A stretch of 64,000 bases of DNA, from NCBI GenBank assembly GCA_022828105.1, contig JAJEJC010000007.1, forward strand, positions 204,885 to 268,884, read 5' to 3'. Of this stretch, positions 37,894 through 47,285 are shown one piece after another. The notes below the pieces were generated by a model. The model saw only the letters and a program-made list of their open reading frames with translations. It was not told where the DNA came from and made no database searches. This stretch comes from Dehalococcoidia bacterium. Its GTDB lineage: Bacteria > Chloroflexota > Dehalococcoidia > Bin125. How positions within the stretch are numbered: position 1 is the first letter of the stretch; each line of letters opens with the position of its first letter. Made by a program: the position numbers and the translations under genes.

Positions 37894-39108
37894 TTACCCG
37901 AGTGCGCCGCTCTCGGCCAGCGCCGCGATCTCGTCGTCCGACAGGCCGGTCTCGCGCAGTACGTCGTGGGTGTGCTGTCCGGTCTTCGGCGCCGGACCGC
38001 GCGGTCCGATCTCAGCCCCTTCGATCTCGAACGGTGTGTTCAACGTGCGGAACGGACCTTCGGGCCCGTCAATCACGCTCCAGGCGTTCATCTCCTCCAT
38101 CTGCGGATCGTGAATCAGCTCCGGAAGCTCGGCAACCGGCGCCCAGGTCAACGCCTCGGCGTCGAGACGCGGAACCCACTCGGCGAGCTGCTTCGAGCGG
38201 AACGTGGCAACGATCTCGGAAGTGAGTTCGCGACTGTGTTCCGCCCGTCCAAGCAAGGTCGAGAAACGCTCATCTCCGGCCAGATCCTCGCGGCCCAGCG
38301 CCCTGCAGGTCGGTTGCCAGTAACGATCGCCGGTCGGCATGACCAACATCAGCCAGCGACCGTCGGCGGTCTCGTAGGAGTTGAACAGCGGATTGCCCGG
38401 CTGCACGCGGTCGATTCGTTGCGGCTGCTGCTCGGTGATCAACGCCGCCGAGACATCCGCCCCGATCGTCCACGCGCCGGTCCGTTGCAGCGTGACCTCG
38501 ACGTACTGGCCCTCGTCGGTCAGATCGCGCAGACGCAGCGCCGCAAGCGTGCCCGAAAGCAGATTGAGCGCCGTCGCATGATCGCCTTGTCCAGGACGGC
38601 AGGGCATCGGCGGACCGCCCGGCTCGCCGATCAGACTCATGATCCCCGATCGCGACCAGAACGCCGAGTAGTCGAAGGCTGTCTTGGCGTTGTCGGGCCC
38701 GCGCGTTCCGTAGCCGGTGAGCACCACGTAGATCAGACCCGGATTGACATCCTGCAATGACTCGCGGGTCAGGTCGTAGCGGGCGATACGCGGGGCGGTC
38801 AGGTTGGTGATGAAGATGTCGGCGCCGGCGACCATCCGCTTGACGACCTCGCTCGCGCCCGGACGCTCCAGCGAGAGCGCGACCCCGCGCTTGCCGCGGT
38901 TGTCCAGCTCGAACGCGGCATCCACGTCTGTCTCAGGGTCGAAGTCTGACTTCTGGCCGCGCATCAGCGTGGTGCGCCAGGCGTCGCCCACGGGATTCTC
39001 GATTTTGACCACGTCGGCGCCCAGATCGGCCATCAAGGCCGCCGCCGATGGCGCCGCCAACCAGTTCGCAACCTCGACAACCCGAATTCCCTCGAGCGGC
39101 GCAACCAT
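37894..39108 (-). CDS. Family-III CoA-transferase (CaiB/BaiF)
   Basis: GIRVVEVANWLAAPSAAALMADLGADVVKIENP...DIFITNLTAPRIARYDL. Start ATG 39108 (MVAPLEG) with GAAGGG SD; the longer ORF-track start is unlikely. Confidence 0.85.
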   Translation of the reverse strand: MVAPLEGIRVVEVANWLAAPSAAALMADLGADVVKIENPVGDAWRTTLMRGQKSDFDPETDVDAAFELDNRGKRGVALSLERPGASEVVKRMVAGADIFITNLTAPRIARYDLTRESLQDVNPGLIYVVLTGYGTRGPDNAKTAFDYSAFWSRSGIMSLIGEPGGPPMPCRPGQGDHATALNLLSGTLAALRLRDLTDEGQYVEVTLQRTGAWTIGADVSAALITEQQPQRIDRVQPGNPLFNSYETADGRWLMLVMPTGDRYWQPTCRALGREDLAGDERFSTLLGRAEHSRELTSEIVATFRSKQLAEWVPRLDAEALTWAPVAELPELIHDPQMEEMNAWSVIDGPEGPFRTLNTPFEIEGAEIGPRGPAPKTGQHTHDVLRETGLSDDEIAALAESGALG

Positions 39109-39182
39109 AGCCCGACCCTTCGTTAGCTTGCAGTCCGATCCTACTTGCCGCGACACCGACCCAGAATCAACAGGAGCCGATC

Positions 39183-40547
39183 ATGCAACACCGACCGACC
39201 GCCTCGCGCGTACCCAATCCCGGAATCCGCGAACTGTTCACCCGCGAAGCGCGCTGGCAGTCCTGGCTCGATGTCGAGGCCGCATTGGCTCGGGCCGAGG
39301 CCGAACTGGACATGATTCCCGCCGACGCCGCCGTGCAGATCGCCGAACACTGCCGGCTCGAATTGCTGGACATGGAGAAGATCGAAGCGATCCTGGTCGT
39401 CACCGCGCACCCGCTCGTGCCGTTGATCTGGGAGCTGGACCGCATCCTCGGCGACGAGATCGGCGGCTACGTCCACTGGGGCGCGACGACGCAGAACATC
39501 ACCCAGACCGGCGACATCCTGCAGTTGCGCCGCGCGCACGCGATCATCCTCGGCCAGATCGGCCAGCTGCTTGCTCTGCTCGCGCCGTTGGCCGAGCGTC
39601 ACGCCGATGTTCCCTGCGCCGGACGCACGCACGGTCAGCACGCGGTACCGGCCACCTTCGGCTACAAGGTCGGCGCATGGATCGATGAACTCTGCCGCCA
39701 TGTCGAGCGGCTGCGCGACGCCGAGCCGCGCGTCTTCGTGGCCATGCTCGGCGGCGCGGCCGGCACGCTCGCATCGTTCGGCGCGCCCGGTCTCGCCGTA
39801 CAGGAGGGCATGGCCCGCCACCTCGATCTGCTGCCGATGCCGGTTCCCGGACGCACCAGCCACGACCACCACGCCGAGTACGCCGCCATCCTCGCGATGC
39901 TCGCCGCCACCTGCCGCAAGATCGCCGATGAGACCTACACGCTGATGAAGCCCGAGTTCGGCGAGATCGAGGAACCCGTGCCTCCCGGCACGGTCGGCAG
40001 CAGCACCATGCCGCAGAAGCGCAATCCCAAGCTCTCGCAGGACATCCGCGCCGCAACGGCGCAGGTCACGACGCTCTTTCCGCTCGCGCTCGACGCGATG
40101 CGCACCGAGCACGAAGCCGACGGCTCGACCAGCGTCATGATCGAGCGCGTCGTCCATGGATCGATCGAACTGGTCGGCGACATCCTCGCCCGCATGATCG
40201 TGCTCTTCGACGGCATCGACGTGAAGCCGGATCGGATGAGACAGAATCTCGATCTCTCCGGCGGCCTGATCATGAGCGAGCGGATCATGCTCGCACTCGG
40301 CGAGAAGGTCGGACGACAGCGCGCCCACGACATTGTCTACGAGCACGCGCAGGACGCCGCCGTGCAGGGAGTCTCGTTCCGCGACCTGCTGGTCGGCGAC
40401 GAGGAAGTCCGCCGGCATCTGTCGGAGCGAGAACTTGACGATCTGCTCGATCCTGCCGGTTACACCGGCGCCTGCGGCGAAATCGCCCGAGCGCAGGCCC
40501 GACGAGCGCGCGAGCTCGCCGAACGCCTAGACTCGGCCCAGAACTAA
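39183..40547 (+). CDS. Class-II fumarate-lyase superfamily protein (adenylosuccinate lyase / 3-carboxy-cis,cis-muconate cycloisomerase-like)
   Basis: GRTHGQHAVPATFGYK and the family signature GSSTMPQKRNPKLSQ. Assignment to a specific member is not possible by eye. Confidence 0.75.
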   Translation: MQHRPTASRVPNPGIRELFTREARWQSWLDVEAALARAEAELDMIPADAAVQIAEHCRLELLDMEKIEAILVVTAHPLVPLIWELDRILGDEIGGYVHWGATTQNITQTGDILQLRRAHAIILGQIGQLLALLAPLAERHADVPCAGRTHGQHAVPATFGYKVGAWIDELCRHVERLRDAEPRVFVAMLGGAAGTLASFGAPGLAVQEGMARHLDLLPMPVPGRTSHDHHAEYAAILAMLAATCRKIADETYTLMKPEFGEIEEPVPPGTVGSSTMPQKRNPKLSQDIRAATAQVTTLFPLALDAMRTEHEADGSTSVMIERVVHGSIELVGDILARMIVLFDGIDVKPDRMRQNLDLSGGLIMSERIMLALGEKVGRQRAHDIVYEHAQDAAVQGVSFRDLLVGDEEVRRHLSERELDDLLDPAGYTGACGEIARAQARRARELAERLDSAQN

Positions 40548-40574
40548 GCAGCAGAACGGCAGAGGAGGCGCGCC

Positions 40575-41258
40575 ATGCTGAAGTGGGTCGTTCCGGTTAT
40601 CAAGCAGGAGGGTGTCGATCGCGAAGCCTTCTACGAATTCTGGCGCTGCGTCCACGCGCCGCACGTCGCCAATCTGGCCAAACCGGAGCGCTACTGCGTC
40701 ACGTTCTTCGAGAGCGCTGCCTCGCTGGGCGGCGCGCCGGCAGCGGACGAGATGGCCTACGACGGCCTGGCCGAGCTGTGGTTCCGCGACTTCGATCACT
40801 TCAACGACGCACTTGGCGACCACCGAGGCGCGCTGCGTACGATTGACGGCTTCAACCAGCTCACGGAGCCGCTCTCGGACTCGCTGTTCACGACCGAGAA
40901 CATCATCGTCGACTCGCATCCGCCCGCGGACGCCTGCAAATGGGTCGCGTTCGTGAAGAAGGGCGACGGAGTCAGCCGCGACGACCTGTTCGCCGCCTGG
41001 AGCGACGGCCACTCGCCGCGCGTCGCCAACACAATCGCCCGCGCCGAGGGCCGCTGCCTGCGCTACACGACTTCGCACGCCGACCAGGGTGCGGAGGGCG
41101 GTCCGTGGGACGGCATCGCCTCGCTCTGGTACGCCGACGCCGACGCCGCAGCGCGAGGCCTGCCGCCGTCCGACGAACCGGGCGACCCGTTCCCGCCGTT
41201 GATCGACGCCGCCGCCACGGTGATCCTGCAGGGACGAGAAATCGTCGTGGTCTCCTAG
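40575..41258 (+). CDS. Tandem EthD-domain protein
   Basis: Two ~100-aa halves each resembling the EthD/dimeric alpha-beta-barrel stress-responsive fold (MLKWVVPVIKQEGVDREAFYEFW... and KWVAFVKKGDGVSRDDLFAAW...). Confidence 0.55.
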   Translation: MLKWVVPVIKQEGVDREAFYEFWRCVHAPHVANLAKPERYCVTFFESAASLGGAPAADEMAYDGLAELWFRDFDHFNDALGDHRGALRTIDGFNQLTEPLSDSLFTTENIIVDSHPPADACKWVAFVKKGDGVSRDDLFAAWSDGHSPRVANTIARAEGRCLRYTTSHADQGAEGGPWDGIASLWYADADAAARGLPPSDEPGDPFPPLIDAAATVILQGREIVVVS

Positions 41259-41291
41259 ACTCAACACAGACCGACACGAACGGAGCCGCAC

Positions 41292-42629
41292 ATGAGATTC
41301 GGAATCTTCTACGAACACCAACTGCCCAAGCCCTGGAGCGAGGGTCAGGAACAGCAACTCTTCCAGGACGCCCTCGATCAGGTAGAACTGGCCGACCAGC
41401 TCGGCATCGACCACGCCTGGGAAGTCGAGCACCACTTCCTCGAGGAGTATTCCCACTCTTCCGCGCCCGAGGTGTTCCTGGCCGCCGCATCGCAGCGCAC
41501 GCAGAACATCCGCCTCGGACACGGCATTGTGCTGATGCCGCCGGGATACAACCACCCGGCGCGCGTCGCCGAGCGGATCGCGACGCTCGATCTGGTTTCC
41601 AACGGCCGGGTCGAATTCGGCACGGGCGAGTCGGCCTCGCGGGCCGAGCTTGAGGGCTACATGGTCAACCCCGAGGAACGCCGCTCGATGTGGCTTGAGA
41701 CCGTCGAGCAGGTCGCCAACATGCTGGCGATGAATCCCTACCCCGGCTACGAGGGCAAGTACTTCTCGATGCCGACCCGCAACGTGGTGCCCAAGCCGGT
41801 GCAAAAGCCCCACCCGCCGCTCTGGGTCGCCTGCTCCAACCGCGACACGATTCACCTCGCCGCCAAACTCGGCATCGGCGCGCTGACGTTCGCCTTCATC
41901 GATCCGGCCGAGGCCGAGCACTGGGTCAACGACTACTACGAGACGATCAAGACCGAATGCGTGCCGATCGGCCACACCGTGAACGCGAACATCGCCATGG
42001 TCTCCTCGTTCTCGGTGCATCCCGACGCCGACGAGGCCGAACGGCGCGGCGGCGACGGCTTCCGCTTCTTCCAGTTCGCCCTCGGCCACCACTACGCCGC
42101 CGGCATGCACAAGCCGGGCCGGACCAACATCTGGAAGGCCTGGGAGCAACTCCGCGACACCTGGCCGCGACAGGGCGGCGAGGGCGGCATCGGCACGCCC
42201 GACGAGCTGCGCGAGCACCTGCGCATCTTCTCCGACTGCGGCGTTGACCAGTCGGTCTTCATCCAGCAGGCCGGCAACAACCGTCACGAGCACATCTGCG
42301 AGTCGCTGGAGATCTTCGCCCGCGACGTGATGCCCGAATTCAAGGAGTTCGAGGCCGAGCGCGTCGCGAAGAAGGAGGAAGAACTCGCGCCGTATATCGA
42401 GGAAGCGTTCAAGCGCAAAACCGAACGCAACGAGATGATGGCCGAGCTCTCCGACGAGGACATTCCCGTCTACCCGCCCTACGGCTTCGACGTGGTCACC
42501 AGCTCCAACCGTCTCAGCGAGGAGTACCACCACGAGGAGGCCGAGAAGCGAGCCCAGGAACAGGCTGCCCGATTCGAGGAGATGAAGAAGACGGCCAACC
42601 TCGCCGTCGAACTGGGGGCGCTGGACTAG
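41292..42629 (+). CDS. LLM-class flavin/F420-dependent oxidoreductase with ~100-aa charged helical C-terminal extension
   Basis: MRFGIFYEHQLPKPWSEG...IDHAWEVEHHFLEEYSHSSAPEVFLAAASQRTQNIRLGHGIVLMPPGYNHP...TGESASRAELEG: luciferase-like TIM barrel. C-terminal 100 aa rich in E/K/R (EFEAERVAKKEEELAPYIEEAFKRKTERNEMMAEL...). Confidence 0.8.
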   Translation: MRFGIFYEHQLPKPWSEGQEQQLFQDALDQVELADQLGIDHAWEVEHHFLEEYSHSSAPEVFLAAASQRTQNIRLGHGIVLMPPGYNHPARVAERIATLDLVSNGRVEFGTGESASRAELEGYMVNPEERRSMWLETVEQVANMLAMNPYPGYEGKYFSMPTRNVVPKPVQKPHPPLWVACSNRDTIHLAAKLGIGALTFAFIDPAEAEHWVNDYYETIKTECVPIGHTVNANIAMVSSFSVHPDADEAERRGGDGFRFFQFALGHHYAAGMHKPGRTNIWKAWEQLRDTWPRQGGEGGIGTPDELREHLRIFSDCGVDQSVFIQQAGNNRHEHICESLEIFARDVMPEFKEFEAERVAKKEEELAPYIEEAFKRKTERNEMMAELSDEDIPVYPPYGFDVVTSSNRLSEEYHHEEAEKRAQEQAARFEEMKKTANLAVELGALD

Positions 42630-43468
42630 TCTCGGGAATCGACCTGCGAACGCAGGAATGCGGTCACCAACTCCGCCGTCCGCTCCGGATGCTGGACGTG
42701 GGGGAAGTGACCGCAGTCGTCCCAGACGTGGACCTCCGCGTCAGCGAAGGTCTCGCGTTGCCGTTCGGCGTAGCGCCAACTGATGAACGGGTCGTTGCTG
42801 CCGTAGATCACCAGCGCCGGCAAACTGCGGGGCGATAGCGCTTGCCGCAAGATGTGCCCTTCGTCGAAGTCGGTGTTGCGGTACAGCTCCAGCGTCACCC
42901 GGCGCGTGTCGCGGTCGTCTTCGGTGATCAGTTCGTCCAGCCACTGCGGAGGCAGCCCGCGCGGGTTGCCCCAGCGCATGAACAGTTTGAAGGCGGGTCG
43001 GGTGGTGATCAACTGCAGCACCTCGCCGGCGTATTTTGTGCGCCAGATGTTCGCGACCAGGTTGCCCGGATAGTCCTCCAGCACGCCGCCGTCGAGCAGC
43101 ATGACCGACGCGCATTTGCCGGGGTTCATCGCCGCCCACATCAGGCCCGTTTGCGTATGGAAGCTGTGCATCAGCAAGTGCACGCGTTTCAGCCCCAGCT
43201 CGTCCAGCGCGGGAGCCAACCAGGTCTGATAACCCTCGATGGAGTAAGGAAAGTCCCTGGGCTTGTCGGCCCGGCCGAAGCCCGGCAGATCGATCGCGAC
43301 GACGCGCATGATCTCGCTGATTGCAGGCATCACGAATTGGAAATCGCGGCCCGATCCCGGCACCGAGTGCAGGCAAACGACTGCCTCATCGCTGTCGGCG
43401 TCGCCCGCCTCCGTGATCAGACCGGCAACGCCGTTGATCGTCAGCCGCGACTCGCTCGGATTAGCCAT
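42626..43468 (-). CDS. Alpha/beta hydrolase fold protein
   Basis: VVCLHSVPGSGRDF...LLMHSFHTQTG (nucleophile elbow)...DCGHFPHVQHPE. Start at MANPSESRL (ATG 43468) rather than the Arg-rich ORF-track extension. Confidence 0.75.
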   Translation of the reverse strand: MANPSESRLTINGVAGLITEAGDADSDEAVVCLHSVPGSGRDFQFVMPAISEIMRVVAIDLPGFGRADKPRDFPYSIEGYQTWLAPALDELGLKRVHLLMHSFHTQTGLMWAAMNPGKCASVMLLDGGVLEDYPGNLVANIWRTKYAGEVLQLITTRPAFKLFMRWGNPRGLPPQWLDELITEDDRDTRRVTLELYRNTDFDEGHILRQALSPRSLPALVIYGSNDPFISWRYAERQRETFADAEVHVWDDCGHFPHVQHPERTAELVTAFLRSQVDSRD

Positions 43469-44009
43469 CGGTCGATCTCGGCGCCGTTGCCTGCTCCGGC
43501 GGTGCTTGTATCGGCGCCGGGCGTTCGCCGCCGTTGGCGGATACCGGCGCCTCGGCCGAAGTCGGCGCCACGCACCAGGGACAGATTTTCCAGCTTGGGT
43601 CCAGTACGCGATCGCAACCGGAACACGACATGCGCAGCGGCATGGCGCAGCGCGGGCAGGCGAGGAAGTCGGCAAGGATTTCATAGCCGCAGCGCGGACA
43701 GGGCGGATTCTGCTGCAATTCTCGCGTCAGCGCTGTTGATTCCAGACGGTGCTCCTCCGCCTCCTGCAACGTCAGCGGCGGACGAAGCACGCGATACACG
43801 ACCAGTCCCGGAAAGTTGAAGATCAGCACAATCAACGTGAACACGATCTGCGCCATCGGCTCAGTCGTGCGCTGGTGGATGTCTCGCGCCGTCCAGACGA
43901 CCGCCGAGAGCCAGAGCACGACGAAGTACGCGCCGACGATCAGCGCGAGAATCAAGCCGGTGTTTTCGGGTGATCCCCCGGGCCAGGAGACGCCGACGCC
44001 GTCGAGCAT
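43461..44009 (-). CDS. Membrane-anchored double zinc-ribbon protein
   Basis: Two N-terminal TM helices then CPRCGYEI...CPRCAMPL and CSGCDRV...CPWC zinc-ribbon knuckles; overlaps the hydrolase start by 8 nt. Confidence 0.6.
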   Translation of the reverse strand: MLDGVGVSWPGGSPENTGLILALIVGAYFVVLWLSAVVWTARDIHQRTTEPMAQIVFTLIVLIFNFPGLVVYRVLRPPLTLQEAEEHRLESTALTRELQQNPPCPRCGYEILADFLACPRCAMPLRMSCSGCDRVLDPSWKICPWCVAPTSAEAPVSANGGERPAPIQAPPEQATAPRSTDG

Positions 44010-44063
44010 GAGTCTCCTCTGCTGTCATCCCCGCTGAAGTCACTATAGGCCGACTGCCGCATT

Positions 44064-46334
44064 ATGCTCGCTGCCATGAGCGATTTCTCCGCCCCGCACA
44101 CACTCTCCGTGGACCTGGATCACCTCAATCAAGCCCAGCGGGCGGCGGTCACGCATCCTCACGGACCCCTGCTCGTCATTGCCGGCCCGGGTTCCGGCAA
44201 GACCAGGGTCATCACGCACCGGATCGGCTGGCTGATCGAGCAAGGCACGCCGCCCTGGCGCATCCTCGCGGTGACCTTCACCAACCGAGCGGCCCGGGAG
44301 ATGCGGACCCGGCTGGAATCGCTGATCGGGCAGGAGCAGGGCAGCGACGTCTGGCTTGGTACGTTCCACCGCATCTGCGTACGCATGCTGCGCGCGCACG
44401 GCCAGGAGATCGGCGTTCCCCGCAACTTCGTCATCTTCGACAGCGACGATCAGATGCAGGTCGTGCGCAGCGCGGTCAAGGAACTGCAACTCGACCCCAA
44501 GCAGTACTCGCCTCGAGCGCTGCTCAGCCGCATCTCGCGAGCCAAGTCGGAGGGGACATCGCAGCAGGACTTCCTCGCAGCCACCGGATCGTACTTCGAC
44601 GAGGTCGCCGGACGAGTTTGGGAGCGTTACGCGGTCCAACTCAGTGAGGCGTCCGCGCTCGACTTCGACGATCTGCTGCTCAAGACGCTCGATCTCTTTG
44701 ACCAGGAGACCGTGCGGCAGATATACGAGGAACGATTCGACCATGTGCTGGTCGACGAGTTCCAGGACACCTCGACGGTCCAGTACCAACTCGCACGCGC
44801 CTGGTCGGCCGGCAGCGGGAATCTGACCGTGGTCGGCGACCCCGACCAGTCGATCTATTCCTGGCGCTCGGCCGACATCCGCAACCTGAACTACTTCGTG
44901 CGCGATCACCGCGAGGCGACCGAGGTCCAACTCAACGACAACTACCGCTCGACGCAGCAGATTCTTGACGTGGCAAACGCCGTGATCGATCGCGCGGCCG
45001 ATCGAATCAAGCGAAGCCTGGTGACCGACAATCGTGACGGAGCCTTACCGCGACTTCATGAGGCCTACAGCGAGTCGGACGAGGCGGAGTACATCTCGAA
45101 CCATGTAGAACTGGGACTGCGCGACGGCTCACTGCGACCCGGCGACGCGGCAGTGCTGTATCGCACCAACGCGCAGTCGCGCGCAATCGAAGAGTCGCTG
45201 GTCCAACACGGGATTCCCTATCGGCTGGTTGGCGCGACACGCTTCTACGACCGCAGGGAGGTGCGCGATCTGCTGGCCTATCTCCGAGTGGTGCGCAACG
45301 CCGCCGATCCGGTGGCGTTCGCCCGGGTGGTCAATGTGCCGACCCGCGGCATCGGCGCGAAGACACTGGACACGCTCACCGAGTGGTCGGATCTCAACGC
45401 TCGATCCACGTTCCAGGCTGCGGCCGCGGCGGCCGGCATCGACGCCGATGCGCTGGGCGGATATCTCGTTCCCCCGCCTGTCTCGCGGCGCGCCGCGGCG
45501 TCGCTGAAAGAGTTCGTCACCCTGATCGACGACGCGCGGGAACAATCTTCGCGGGAACCACTCAGCGATGTGCTCAGGTCAATCCTGGTCAAGACCCAAT
45601 ATCGCGAGTGGTTGGTCAGGCAATCGGACACGGAGACCGAGGCGGCGACTCGTTGGGAGAACGTCCAGGAGCTGATCACGGTGACGGAGAACTACTCCGG
45701 GATCGCGCCCGGCGCTGCGCTGGACGCCTTCCTGGAGGACGTCGCCCTGGTCGCCGATGTCGATGACCTGCCCGACGGCCCGCCGGACGCGGTCACGTTG
45801 ATCACGCTGCACCAGGCCAAGGGTCTGGAGTTCCCCGTCGTCTTCATGATCGGGCTGGAGGAGTACCTGCTGCCACACCAGTTGTCGATGGACGACCCCA
45901 AGCAACTCCAGGAAGAACGCCGCCTCTGTTATGTCGGGATGACCCGCGCGATGCGCGAGCTGCACCTGCTCTACGCCTTCCGTCGCGCATACCAGGGCCG
46001 CAGCGGGCACAATCCACCGTCGCGCTTTCTCGCCGACATTCCCGAGGAATTGCTGCAGCGCCACCTGCGCCAACAGGCGCGGGTCGGCGAGGATGTGCGG
46101 CCCGCTCGCAACCGTACCGTCCGCTGGGACGACTTTGATTCCTTCGATCCCGAGCCTGTTTCGGCGCCATCGGTCGGCCTCAAGGAGGGCGACGAGGTCT
46201 CGCACGAGATCTTCGGCGACGGCGTCGTGATCGCTTTGCGCGCGATCGGCCGTGACGCCGAGGTCACGGTCCGCTTCGCCGACACCGGCGTCAAGCGGCT
46301 GCTGGCCTCGATGGCCAATCTCACGCGGGCGTAG
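44064..46334 (+). CDS. pcrA: ATP-dependent DNA helicase PcrA/UvrD family
   Basis: LNQAQRAAVTHPHGPLLVIAGPGSGKTRVITHRIGWLI (Walker A), TFTNRAAREMRTRL, VDEFQDTS, C-terminal UvrD domains; 756 aa. Confidence 0.9.
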   Translation: MLAAMSDFSAPHTLSVDLDHLNQAQRAAVTHPHGPLLVIAGPGSGKTRVITHRIGWLIEQGTPPWRILAVTFTNRAAREMRTRLESLIGQEQGSDVWLGTFHRICVRMLRAHGQEIGVPRNFVIFDSDDQMQVVRSAVKELQLDPKQYSPRALLSRISRAKSEGTSQQDFLAATGSYFDEVAGRVWERYAVQLSEASALDFDDLLLKTLDLFDQETVRQIYEERFDHVLVDEFQDTSTVQYQLARAWSAGSGNLTVVGDPDQSIYSWRSADIRNLNYFVRDHREATEVQLNDNYRSTQQILDVANAVIDRAADRIKRSLVTDNRDGALPRLHEAYSESDEAEYISNHVELGLRDGSLRPGDAAVLYRTNAQSRAIEESLVQHGIPYRLVGATRFYDRREVRDLLAYLRVVRNAADPVAFARVVNVPTRGIGAKTLDTLTEWSDLNARSTFQAAAAAAGIDADALGGYLVPPPVSRRAAASLKEFVTLIDDAREQSSREPLSDVLRSILVKTQYREWLVRQSDTETEAATRWENVQELITVTENYSGIAPGAALDAFLEDVALVADVDDLPDGPPDAVTLITLHQAKGLEFPVVFMIGLEEYLLPHQLSMDDPKQLQEERRLCYVGMTRAMRELHLLYAFRRAYQGRSGHNPPSRFLADIPEELLQRHLRQQARVGEDVRPARNRTVRWDDFDSFDPEPVSAPSVGLKEGDEVSHEIFGDGVVIALRAIGRDAEVTVRFADTGVKRLLASMANLTRA

Positions 46335-47247
46335 CGCGCTGCTCTTGCTCCTGCGCTCTGACGCCACGCTCAAACGCGCCCAGCGCATCCCGCAAGGCGT
46401 CCTCCGCCGACACGTCCAACTCCCGCGCCTCTTGCACCAGGTCGAGCAAGCGCTCACCAAGATCGGCGCTGGCGGACGCATCGCGCTCGAACCCGTTGCG
46501 CTGCGCCCGACCGAGAATCGACTGCGCCCGCGCCAGCGCCGGCAGCGTCCTGGGCACGCCGTCCAGCACCGACTCCCGATTCGGCCGCTCGCGCGCCTTG
46601 AGCCGCTCCCACGCGCCCTCGACCAGCTTCGGCGTGTCGGCCGTGCCCTCGCCGAAGACGTGCGGATGCCGGCGCACCAGCTTGGCCCGGATCCCCTCCG
46701 ACACGTCGTCGAGCGTGAACTGTCCCGCCTGCTCGGCCAACTTCGCGTGCAGGACGACCTGCATCATCAGGTCGCCCAGCTCTTCGCACAGCTCCGACGG
46801 ATCGCCTGCCGCAATCGCCTCCAGCACCTCGTACGTCTCTTCCAACAAGTGCGGCCGCAGGCTCTCATGCGTTTGCGCATTGTCCCAGGGACATCCGTCA
46901 ACCGGATCGCGCAGCCGATCCATCACGCCGCGCACGCCGTCGGGCGCGTGGCGCACATCGAACAGTGGAACCGGCTCGAGTACGAGCGCCATTGCATCGG
47001 GAGCAAGTTCTTCGCAAGTCGAGGTACGTGTGGCCTCGTAGACGCGGAAGCTCGTATCGATCACTCGCAGTGGATGCTCGTCCGGGTAGTGGCGCAGGGC
47101 CTCGGACACGCTCGACCGATCATCGATCAGCACAACCAATCTGCCGCTCGTGATCGGTTGTTGGTCGGCGCTCGCCCTCGTGACGGTCAGCGTCGGTTCG
47201 CTCTCGAGACCGGCCGCTTCGATGATCTGAGACAGGCTCACGGACAT
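46321..47247 (-). CDS. mazG: Nucleoside triphosphate pyrophosphohydrolase MazG with ~100-aa N-terminal extra domain
   Basis: MazG EExxE motifs LLEETYEVLEAI and CEELGDLMMQVVLHAKLAEQ, RRHPHVFGEG. Converges on pcrA with a 14-nt overlap. Confidence 0.8.
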   Translation of the reverse strand: MSVSLSQIIEAAGLESEPTLTVTRASADQQPITSGRLVVLIDDRSSVSEALRHYPDEHPLRVIDTSFRVYEATRTSTCEELAPDAMALVLEPVPLFDVRHAPDGVRGVMDRLRDPVDGCPWDNAQTHESLRPHLLEETYEVLEAIAAGDPSELCEELGDLMMQVVLHAKLAEQAGQFTLDDVSEGIRAKLVRRHPHVFGEGTADTPKLVEGAWERLKARERPNRESVLDGVPRTLPALARAQSILGRAQRNGFERDASASADLGERLLDLVQEARELDVSAEDALRDALGAFERGVRAQEQEQRATPA

Positions 47248-47285
47248 TGGCGCACTCCGGCTGACGATACGCTCAGGCTTGACAT

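Noticed and set aside
40527-42533. 668-aa minus-strand ORF
   Set aside because: Antisense to the EthD and LLM genes, both of which have recognisable family features.
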